Shown here: in pieces, positions 54,167-64,000 of the stretch
Layout: each line of letters opens with the position of its first letter
Position numbering within the stretch: the stretch's first letter is position 1
Translations under genes and position numbers: made by a program
From: Phoronis australis
Taxonomy: Eukaryota; Animalia; Phoronida
Reading direction: 5' to 3'
DNA: 64,000 nt
NCBI GenBank assembly: GCA_002633005.1
Contig: NMRA01000026.1
Span: forward strand, 1,260,710 to 1,324,709
The notes under the pieces: model-generated
Told to the model about the DNA's origin: nothing
Database searches by the model: none
Seen by the model: only the letters and a program-made list of their open reading frames with translations

Positions 54167-54325
54167 CAGTGACGGATTTAGAGGGGAGCCACGGGGGCTA
54201 TGCCCCCCTAAGATTCTCCCAGATTACATTTGGCAGTTCGGGGGTGCGACAGTCTGACAGTCAAAATCCTGGCAAATACTCTGCCCTGCCNCCCCCCCCA
54301 ACTCAAAATGCTGGATCCTCCCCTG
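54167..54325 (+). mobile_element. GC-rich hAT-like MITE, copy 2
   Basis: cagtgacggatttagagggg ... ccccccaactcaaaatgctggatcctcccctg. Confidence 0.7.
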
Positions 54326-54940
54326 GAACGCGTGTCGTGCACAATCGATTGTGGAAGAAAATGTAGGGTTTAGGGTTGCCCAGGTGGCCCGTACCCCCTC
54401 CCCCGTCCAGACACGGACCAAGAAAATGCTGCCGGCATGCCGTTTTAGACATCACGTGAACTGGTGAAGTGGTTAAACCCCTTGCGACATTCTAGATCTG
54501 ACAATAATAGGTATCCTCTCTCCATACAGGCTCCGCGATGTTTTTTCTGATTCCAAGTGTTCGACTGTACATTCAATTTTTGCAGTTCCCAAACATTCCC
54601 TTTTTCGGGGTCTATTTTGAAAGCTTTGTGTGTCAAGACTTTTTTGTATCTTTCATATATTTGTTCATCAACGCCATTGAGGAATTTATATCGTAATACA
54701 TCCACTATACAAGTGAGAAACGCCAACAGTCGTTGACTTCTTGGCTTATCCAAAACTTATCTCAGTGTTCACACATTTTATTTATTACTGTTGCGTACTC
54801 AAGTGTGGAGAGAACCCATGTCCTCTAGTTATACAACATCATATTAATCAGTGCTGTGTTGGCGTTATCGTTAACGCTCTGTGGAAACGACTTTATGTCT
54901 AATTTGAAGAAAAGCACAGATGTCGTCTGCGTGAGTGTAG

Positions 54941-55386
54941 TATGAAGCGCTGAAGGCCGGCTTTTAAACGAGTACCTTTCTGCGCGTAAAAATGTGCTTA
55001 ATCGACATGTAGTTTTGCTTGAATCAACGCGTAGTTTTGCTTATTCAACGCGTACTTTTAGTTTTTAAACGATCATCGTCCTGCTCACTCAGGGCATTTT
55101 TGGTTAATCAACGTGTAGTTTTATCTGATCGACGCGTACCTTTAGTCAGTTCACATAGACCAGTCACGCCCGTGCTCTCAAATCTCAAAATGGCGGAAGA
55201 CTTTCTACAAATTGGGTGCATGGTAACTTTCGAAGAATTTTGCAGATTCTTATCAAGTGACCTCGTAAATGGCCATTTCGATTAAGCAAGAGTACGTGTT
55301 GATGGAGTTAAGCAAAACTACGTGCCGATTAAGAACATTTCTACGCGCACAAAGGTACTCGCTTAAAAACCATTTGGAACTTCATA
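54941..55386. mobile_element. Non-autonomous TIR element with subterminal repeats
   Basis: Ends tatgaag / cttcata. ttttaaacgagtacctttctgcgcgtaaaaatgtgcttaatcg mirrors cgattaagaacatttctacgcgcacaaaggtactcgcttaaaaa. Internal caacgcgtagttttgctt repeats. Confidence 0.75.
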
Positions 55387-58300
55387 AGCATTGTGCTGCA
55401 GGTAGAGTGAAAAGCACGTGAGTCCCAGGGGTGTGCGTTCTTTGACAGTCTTCACTGAGCGTGTTGAGCCTTTTTCAACAAGGCGGTGTTTGTGTCACAA
55501 ACGACTTTTGTAGATATTGCTTTTTGGTCTCATATACATGCAGTACGTTTATTTAAATCATTGGAATGCACTGCCAGCTCGGTGGCCGTGTATGTACAGA
55601 ATTTATTATACTATTAGAACGCAGATTTCATTCTTCTTTGAGCCTGTTAATCGTGGTCATCTTCTGACCTTTTGTTGTTAGTTGTAACTACAGTAGATAA
55701 CCAAGTATTACGCAAATAATGGCCCAAAAGAATGAATCTATTTATAGTGAAAAACCGCTATAGTTTAAACCATGACCTGGTGTCAAAAAACGACTTTCTT
55801 TACAGGCGTATGATTTCCTCTCCCAAAGCAATATCATGTTTTCAACATGATTTTAAATAGCCCTTGGTTGCAATAATTAAAAACGCATGTCATTCACACT
55901 GATAATGTTGCATCGGCGGTTCAACCGCATTGGAAACTAAACCGCCGCAACAATCAAACGTAATGGACCTGATCTGAAATAATGGCGAACTGACAGTTCC
56001 TCTCAAGTTTGGAAATCATTTTGAATCTCATCAAGGAACAAGACGAGGCCGAGTTTATAAAAGGAAATAGCTTAAAATCAAGTTGTTTTGGTATGACAGA
56101 CACACGTTTATAAAAATTAACGAGCACAGGCCCGATTCCCACGCGTCGTGACAGTGGAAACCTCAACTATCAGCGGGAAAAAATATGCACTGTTTTTCTA
56201 AAATCTTCATATGACTTAAACGAACTGGAACAAGTTACTTTGAAGGGTTCACCCTGGCTTCGTAGTTAGCGTGACTATAATTTTGAGACCGAATTGTTTC
56301 GTTTCTATATTCCAAGTCACGTTTTGGCACTAAGAGAGGTACAATTTTCGTTTTCGATAATTGATTGGTCTTCCAGTTATCTCAGAGAGTTGGCGGAGAT
56401 TATAAACAGAATTTTAGCCATCCAAACCACAGTGATATGCTTCAAGTTAAATTTAAATTGCTGGTTTCCTCCCCTGAATCAATCTACGTGCAATCTCACA
56501 AAACAACCCCACAAACAAATTCTTCATTGAACTTGAAATCTAAACACATGAACCACAACATGGCGTGGCGAATAGTTTGAACCGGGTCGTCTCAGCCGTA
56601 AATCGTGGTAACACATATTATAGTAATTGCCTGGTCTCGGTAATTCAGAGTAAAGCAAATCACGCCTTTACAAATCAGACTGAAAAAAGCAATTAACAGA
56701 TTGTTTTCGTGAATCAAGTACAACCACACAATTATCGACAGTTGAATTCTGATTCGCATTTGCTGGATTTACACGCACATTCCACGTCTTGAACTGAAAA
56801 AGATAACCTGAGTACTATTTTTGTGTGTGAGTTCAAGACAATACCATTAGTACAAAGAATTAACCCAGAAAAGCAATTATCAGATAAAGGTAGCGATAAA
56901 CTATTTATCGTCAGTAAAAATGTAACAAGTCGCACTAATACAAAGTAATGAATACAAAAGGAAAATATGAGGAATTAAAGGAAACGCATGTAAACAAAGA
57001 AAGCTAAACAAAGCGTAGAAATTGAATCGATTCCATTCTATGACATCTAAAACAGAAATTATCAAGATTATGAAAACATTATAAAACATTGCAGTAATAT
57101 TCAAAATTGTGGAAACCATACAATAAAAAAATATTCTTTTTGAGCTATTAGCAAGGCAGGGATATTTTAGGACGGATCCCCGCGTCACTGGCGCAAAAAA
57201 TACTGACGCCCTATGGTTTGCTCACCTGGGATCAACTGGCGCATTTTAAATTTTTGTCGGCAAAAATGGCTAATGATTGATGTTGACTTTACGCGGTAAT
57301 AATTGCTTACCAATTGCAAAATATCTGATCTAAACAAAATGACCAGAACAACCAACTCATGATGTGATAGGGTTTCTTAGATACGTGATTGAGGTCTGTG
57401 TCTAGACCAATCACTTATAATAGCCTCAAAAAGAAATGGCAGACGACATCAAATGTGTGAAATATGTCGCTCAAGAAAGAATCTTGAATAGAAAAACGTA
57501 CAGCAAAAACTGACGTAAGTATAATAAATTACCGAACATATCAGCAAACGATTGTAAATGTGAAACTGTAAGTTGAGTTGAAAATTAAGGAATTATTTTA
57601 CGAAATACATTAGCGTCGGGCGGCGTCTTGTCCAGCGGTCAGTGTAATATAGTGTATCTGGGAAAGTCCCAAAGTAATTGAAATTTGTTAAACATATATT
57701 GCTAGAACAAAAGTTTCTCATTGACACCAATTGACAATAAAACACAGAGTAGTGCGATGTGTGTGTCTCCAGTGAAAGTCAGGTTACCAAACATGCGGGG
57801 AAAATATATCAGATAAGCGCCTCTTTTTCTCGGTCAAGCATTAGCGGGCATTTTTCGCTGGCCTGCGGTCTGCGACACATGCTGGTACGCGCTCGATTCC
57901 TGGCTGGTTTATAAAACTGAAACTGAAGTTGCTGAAGAAAATTCTCTTGGCGTATTGTCGAATGTAGTACCTATATATTCAAACTGTTAATACTGTAAAT
58001 GACTTGATACCTTGTGATTTAATTGTGAAAGTGTAGGAACAAAAATGCCAGTGGTTGGGTTTTTATAAGGGAATGAAGGAAACACGTTGCTCTATACACT
58101 ACTAGAGGACGTTAAAAACAAGTACATTTGAAGTAGAGCTCAAGCACGTAAACAATGCAATAAAACCCCATGAAAAATGAATACGTGAACGGCAGAAACA
58201 ATTTGATGACCCACAGGTCTTCAAAACTGGCTAACAGATTTGCGTCCCTGTGGGACAATTGACCCATACAACGAACCCTGCTAAGATTATCAGAATAATA

Positions 58301-58852
58301 AACCAGAGTGAACATTCGATAGGAAACTGCGTAAGAGCTGTTCACGCTCAGCAGTATAAGTGTGGCTTGTGAGCAAGTAGCGAGCATCACTATTAATTAT
58401 ACCACAGACACGCTGTAGGTGTTCGGAAGATTAGTGGTCAAGGTATTGGTCCCACGTCAGCAATTAAGGCCTTCGGCTCCATCCCACGCTATCAGCTGAA
58501 ACCACCCACAGTAGAATTTCTGCTCGTTTATCCTGACGGCATCATGTCTACAGTACGCGGGTGCGAACCTTCTAATTAAGAGTCACGATGCGTCACGAAA
58601 TTACAAAATCTTTGCGCTCCCCCACTCGAGTTTTAATTCCTCAGCTTCGCAACATCTTGCGTTCTCTCACAAACGTTTTACGTGTCTTCGCGAAATGTTA
58701 CAATGTGTGCATTACTGATCATTTTTTACTACTTCGTTAGACAGGAATCCTGCAAAGCTTCTCCTATAGTATAGAAATCGAGAATCCAACCGAAAATTAC
58801 ACGATCGAGTAGAGCATGCGCAGCGCGTGCGCACTAGGTTGGCAGAGAACTG

Positions 58853-58993
58853 GGCTGGGTTGCATAAAACTTCAAAATTATCCGCTGGATAAGAATTGAT
58901 TGTTACATGACGTCAGGTGCATTGTGCAACGTGACGCATGATAATGCGACGTCATTGTTGCTATACAGTGTATAATTTTCATGCAACTAGGCC
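58853..58993. mobile_element. PIF/Harbinger-like MITE, CTG target duplication
   Basis: Ends ggctgggttgcataaaa / tttcatgcaactaggcc, flanked by ctg on both sides. Confidence 0.7.
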
Positions 58994-59254
58994 CTGATGT
59001 CTAAACATATACATGTACAGAGCCCCTAAAGACTGAGCGCACGCGCTACTGGACACCATATTGGAAGGTGCTCCTACGTAATCATACGACACAGTTACTA
59101 GCAATGTAATCAAACGGAGCGTAATGTCCGTCTCGAGATGTGTTATCTCCTAGAAATAATGGGCGGAAGAATGTGATTTTCCAGAAACGTAAAAAATGTG
59201 ATGTAATATTTACATACGTATTCTAACAATTACATGGCTTGTAATGACTCGATG

Positions 59255-59462
59255 ACAAAAAAGGAAAAATTTCCAGGTCATGTATCGTTCCATAAGTAAA
59301 TAGGCTTGTGCGATAGAAATATTTTTGTGTTGTAAAATTTTGCCTAAATAATCGCTTTTGCATAAATGAAGTCAAAATAATGATAAAGAAGAAAAGAAAA
59401 AGAGCAAAATGGAAATCAAAAAAGAAAAAATCGAAACCAAAAAAGGAAAATTCTAAACCCTG
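59255..59462 (+). repeat. Dispersed A-rich repeat ending ggaaaattc..a.ccctg (probable DNA-transposon end), copy 1
   Basis: gacaaaaaaggaaaaatttcc..aataggctt..agaaatatttt..tgttgtaaaattt is shared with 60672-60892 and 63893-64000. Confidence 0.7.
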
Positions 59463-59986
59463 CAGTTAACCAGTCGTCATGGAAAATGTCTCACCAGAAG
59501 GAGAGTTCGGCAACCAGTAGCCTCTACGCATGCCGACCCACTGTTAGCTAAATTGCCCCGAGGTTACATGAATCTAAAAAATCAAGAATTGCAATTTTTT
59601 TGAAAACACGATGTGAATGTGCATTTCTTTCTCAATTTTGGATCCAAATCGCGTCACAGGCATAATAGTGACAGATAGGTAGGACATCACTGAACACCTG
59701 AATCATGTTGCAATTAGGCATTATTACATCAAATCAATACACGAGTAATGTTTTGTGTCTTTAATTACGCACAACCTGTCTGTCGGTTTTGAGGGCCGTA
59801 TCGATTCCTCCAGATTCTGAAGAACTTCATCAAGATCAGTTCCATCTTGGTTGTTCCCACACACTTTGTGGTGGAGATAAATCCAACCATGTTAACGTAT
59901 TCATCATGGCCGACTCGTCACAGCACATCTTATACGAAGCTGAGTAACCCTCCGATTAAGACATCGAGGTCTTCTAAATGTGCCAT

Positions 59987-60571
59987 CTACTCTCTAAAGT
60001 AGACAGTGCCACCGTCTCAACTGGCCATCCCAAAGGCCCTCCATACGCCGGAAAAGATTTTTGGGCGAATTTTGCATCGTACTTATTAAAGCGTCGAAGT
60101 CATGCTACTATGAGTAGCCTACCTTTTGCGCATAGGACACGTTAGGAAGCTTTTGGAGTTTTTAACTCTTCACAGCTCGAACAAATACTCCCGCGAACTT
60201 CTTTTCGAGCAGTCCTTCGTTCAGTTGCTCAAATCGGCAACTGGAGTGGACATTATTACAGTCCTCACGCCAGGGGATGTGTCGTCATATCCCCTAGCGC
60301 GAGCAAGTGTAAAAGTGGTCAGTTGCCGACTTGACAACTGAACAAAGGACTGATAAGTAAAAAAGTTGTTTGACTACGGGAGTATTTGTCGAGTTGGAAT
60401 GAATAAAGACGCCTAATGTTTCACTCTAAGCGTAATACTTATAGCAACACGACCGATCCTATAATCAGTGCGACGCATATCTCGCGACTTGGGGAAGAGC
60501 ATAATTATGGGATGGCCACCCTCTCTACTTAGCCAGTTGAAACGGTGGTACTGTCAACTCTCCAAAGGTAG
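59987..60571. mobile_element. About 585-bp foldback (long imperfect palindrome) element
   Basis: Paired segments 60002-60026/60532-60555, 60176-60193/60377-60392 and 60210-60243/60320-60352, with a central hairpin at 60268-60299. Confidence 0.75.
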
Positions 60572-60671
60572 TTAAGCAAGGCCACTTTAGTTATTGATCT
60601 AGGACCATTCGTAATACGCATATTTGAAACCTTCTGGCGTAATTGGCCCTATCGGGGCTTGTAATGACCAA

Positions 60672-60892
60672 GGACAAAAAGGAAAAATTTCCTGGTGATT
60701 TATCCTTCCACAAATACATAGGCTCCTGAAACAGAAATATTTTTCTGTTGTAAAATTTAAGTGAAGTAAACGTTTTTGCCCCAATAAAATCAAAATAATG
60801 ATAAAAAGGGGTGAAAATAAAGAAAAAAGGAAATCAAACAAGAAAAAACTGAAACAAGAGGAAATTGAAACCAGTGGAAAATTCCAAGCCCT
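60672..60892 (+). repeat. Same A-rich dispersed repeat, copy 2
   Basis: Colinear similarity to 59255-59462 over about 200 bp. Confidence 0.7.
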
Positions 60893-61290
60893 GCCCTACG
60901 GCCGTCCCAGCAAGGCAGCTTTGCAAGCAATACCATCGCGCTACGCGATCACACGAGACAACAGGTAAGTTAGGGGCAAAGAAAAAATGATTCTCATTCT
61001 ACATGGTTTGGCCTATCTATAAAATTTTTCAACCAGTCACACCATGCCAGCCAAAATGGGTACCGGTAATCAACTTTTTCCATGCCAGCCTCTTTTTTCG
61101 GGGGGGGGGGCACCAACTGATTGACTTCAACAAAACATTTGCTCCTCTCAAGTAGTATCTAATTTCCTGTTGACGCACAATGGTAGGCCCGAACTGGTGC
61201 ACCTCTGCCTTGAGAACAGCACATCACTATCAACTGCCAAGAATCTACCCTAATGAAAACAAGGAGGCTCATTCACATGTAACAATGGAC

Positions 61291-61300
61291 TTTATTTATT
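61291..61300 (-). terminator. Polyadenylation signal of RPLP0 (overlapping AATAAA hexamers)
   Basis: Plus strand tttatttatt reads AATAAATAAA on the minus strand, about 65 nt after the stop codon. Confidence 0.7.
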
Positions 61301-61362
61301 CCTCAAGTTGTTACAAAGAAATGCAGACATGCCCGTGTTGTCACGTCCAGATGCAGCACTGC

Positions 61363-63168
61363 CTAGTCAAACAGACCAAAGCCCATGTCATCATCAGATT
61401 CTTCAGACTCTTCCTTCACCTCTTCTTTCTTCTCTTCGGCAGGGGCTGCAGCTGCAGGGGCAGCAGTCGCGGCTGCAAACTTGGAAGGGTCCTTCAGGTA
61501 CTCCTTGGTCTGCAATAAGGTTAACGGGACAAATGATTACAGATGGACATCAGCTTACACAATCAATGGACAGGAGTTTGCCAAGAGTCTGACAACGTTA
61601 GTCTCAGTACGACTTCAAAAGGAGTTTGCCAAGAGTCTGACAAGGTTAGTCTCAGTACGACTTCAAAAGGAGTTTGCCAAGATTCTGACAAGGTTAGTCT
61701 CAGTACAACTTCAAAAGGAGTTTGCCAAGAGTCTGACAAGGTTAGTCTCAGTACGACTTCAAAAGGAGTTTGCCAAGAGTCTGACAAGGTTAGTCTCAGT
61801 ACGACTTCAAAAGGAGTTTGCCAAGATTCTGACAAGGTTAGTCTCAGTACAACTTCAAAAGGAGTTTGCCAAGAGTCTGACAAGGTTAGTCTCAGTACGA
61901 CTTCAAAAGGAGTTTGCCAAGAGTCTGACGAGGTTAGTCTCAGTACAACTTCAAAAGGAGTTTGCCAAGAGTCTGACAAGGTTAGTCTCAGTACAACTTC
62001 AAAAAGGAGTTTGCCAAGATTCTGACAAGGTTAGTCTCAGTACAACTTCAAAAAGGAGTTTGCCAAGAGTCTGACAAGGTTAGTCTCAGTACAACTTCAA
62101 AAAGGAGTTTGCCAAGATTCTGACAAGGTTAGTCTCAGTAAGACTTCAAAAGGAATTTGCCAAGAGTCTGACAAGGTTAGTCTCAGTACAACTTCAAAAG
62201 GAGTTTGCCAAGAGTCTGACAAGGTTAGTCTCAGTACGACTTCAAAAGGAGTTTGCCAAGAGTCTGACAAGGTTAGTCTCAGTACGACTTCAAAAGGAGT
62301 TTGCCAAGAGTCTGACAAGGTTAGTCTCAGTACGACTTCAAAAGGAGTTTGCCAAGATTCTGACAAGGTTAGTCTCAGTACGACTTCAAAAGGAGTTTGC
62401 CAAGAGTCGGACAAGGTTAGTCTCAGTATGACTTCAAAAAGAGTTTGCCAAGAGTCTGACAAGGTTAGTCTCAGTACGACTTCAAAAGGAGTTTGCCAAG
62501 AGTCTGACAAGGTTAGTCTCAGTACGAATTCAAAAACAGTGAAAAAAAAACGAGTGGAAGACTTCAGCACCATGTGGATGTGTCACATTAGAAGCAATTA
62601 TTCGCTCAAGTAGTCTACTTGCCCGTCCCTAGCCCATTTCATTATGGTGTTAAGGCGGGCTCGGGTATTGTGAGAGTTTGGTGGGAAGAACATTAAAGAA
62701 TACTACATCATCACTCCCTACACATTCTTGGTTAGGAATGCAACTCATAGTCCATCTGTGCACTACTGGCATCAGGTGGGTGGATGTAGCAGTAGAATGG
62801 CGATTACCACGGCAGTAAAGAGAGAAGTCAGTGACCTATGCATTGTGTGAGGATACCACTGAACCAGTGCAAAAGCACAACTCAAACCGTCATTGCACTG
62901 CATTCTGATAAGCTTCCATCAGCAGTTTTGGACTAGCTAGCCAACCAATAGCATCAGGCATTTAGTCATCACCAACAGGTTTGGTGCAGCCATTTACAAC
63001 AATCCCGTTGCGTCTTTCGTCACTAACCTGTTCAGCCAGAGGGAAAGTGTAATCTGTTTCCACAGCGACGGCCAGCAGGTTCTTGAATCCGTTGATGATG
63101 GAGTGCGGTGCAGAGCATATTGTTGGGTAGCCAATGCTCAGACACACACTAGCAATGTTGGTGACACC
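61363..63168 (-). CDS. RPLP0: 60S acidic ribosomal protein P0 (uL10), last two coding exons; gene continues beyond the right edge
   Basis: Exon 63028-63168 ([47 protein letters not shown]; cag acceptor, gttagt donor). Exon 61363-61509 ([48 protein letters not shown]) ends in the diagnostic P-protein C-terminus. Confidence 0.96.
61573..62535. repeat. 48-bp minisatellite, 20 copies, inside the last RPLP0 intron
   Basis: Unit GGAGTTTGCCAAGAGTCTGACAAGGTTAGTCTCAGTACGACTTCAAAA starting at 61573, 61621, 61669 and so on. Three units carry one extra A. No spacers between units. Confidence 0.97.
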
Positions 63169-63725
63169 CTGGAAAATAGAACTACATGTTGAGTGAAAAA
63201 TTCATTTTAAGACTAATACAGTTTGGCTTCATTTTAGTAACTTTGTAACATGAATTACAACACAAACCACTTTTATACTGGAAACTTATCTTCAAATGAT
63301 GTACTTTCAACATGGGATCAAACTTCAGTTTTTGGAAACAAAACAAGAGCAACACAGAGTTCATACGTGCGCAGAGAGAATTTTACAAGTCGCAATGCCA
63401 AATGTTGCTATAAGCCCAACATGTGCATCGCATACAGCGCAGAAAGAAGGACTCATCATTATAAACATTCCCACTAAAGGGAGAAATGCTGGTAAACTTC
63501 TAGGGAGTGCAAAGCAAGTCACAAATGCTCTAGTCATGAACACACTCAAACACCTTTCATCATGAAGGATAGGGAGGCAAACGACAAAGGACAAAAACAA
63601 AAAAAGTCCCAGAGAGGGCACAATGTAGGTTAAATCCGACTGAAACAAGGTAGGTGCCATCATCTACATGATAGTAACCGATTAGCAAAATCTAACCAAC
63701 ATCCATCATGGAATATGGTAGATGA

Positions 63726-63859
63726 CAGGGGCGGATCCAGGATTTTGAATTGGGGGGGGATTTTGCCCTTCAGACATTCGCACCTCGAACTGCCAAATGG
63801 AATCTGGGATAATGTTATAGGGGTCATGGCCACCTTGGCCCAACTCTAAATCTCTACTG
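63726..63859 (-). mobile_element. GC-rich hAT-like MITE, copy 3, in an RPLP0 intron
   Basis: caggggcggatccaggattttgaattggggggg ... ctctaaatctctactg is the reverse complement of copies 1 and 2. Confidence 0.7.
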
Positions 63860-63892
63860 GATATCAAAACAAATGCCAAGAAAATTTACGAC

Positions 63893-64000
63893 GACAAAGA
63901 AGGAAAGTTTTCCCGGTGATGCATAGTTCCACAAATCAATAGGCTTGTGTGATAAATATTTTTTATATTGTAATATTTAACTCAAACCTTTTGCATGAAT
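63893..64000 (+). repeat. Same A-rich dispersed repeat, copy 3 (runs off the window)
   Basis: gacaaagaaggaaagttttcccggtgatgcatagttccacaaatcaataggcttgtg. Confidence 0.6.

Noticed and set aside
54445-54753. 102-aa minus-strand ORF
   Set aside because: Non-ATG start, no recognisable domain, no supporting splice partners.
61573-62535. CRISPR-like array
   Set aside because: Units are contiguous with no unique spacers, there are no cas genes, and the array lies in a spliceosomal intron.
61385-62613. Long ORFs 61385..62074, 61543..62025, 61563..61979 and 62097..62573 with 16-aa repeats
   Set aside because: They arise from a stop-free 48-bp unit and the antisense of the RPLP0 last exon, and the 49-bp units break the frames.
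62560-63027. Intronic telomerase RNA
   Set aside because: The only template-like string is CCTAACC near 62730, which does not template TTAGGG fully. No pseudoknot or CR4/5 element could be identified.
63320-63570. Box C/D snoRNA in the penultimate RPLP0 intron (ATGATGA at about 63453 and 63557)
   Set aside because: No appropriately spaced CTGA with a terminal stem and no recognisable guide sequence.

Overview
AT-rich, intron-containing eukaryotic DNA from an invertebrate animal (inferred from the proteins and repeat types; species not determinable). Three protein-coding genes can be supported, all on the minus strand. Two are complete five-exon Polycomb (Pc/CBX) paralogs about 26 kb apart (12552-14168 and 40116-41540), each with an N-terminal chromodomain, several AT-hooks and a C-terminal Pc-box. 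They have matching intron positions and a shared promoter module. The third is the last two coding exons of ribosomal protein P0 (RPLP0/uL10), whose final intron holds a 20-copy 48-bp minisatellite and a hairpin-rich segment. The long intergenic tracts contain non-autonomous DNA transposons (Harbinger-like with CAG/CTG target duplications, TTAA-flanked Kolobok-like, hAT-like, foldback), tRNA-derived SINE-like fragments and short tandem duplications. Almost all short ORFs in the track look like noise. No prokaryotic-type system (CRISPR, operon) is present. All alignments were done by eye, so repeat boundaries are approximate.
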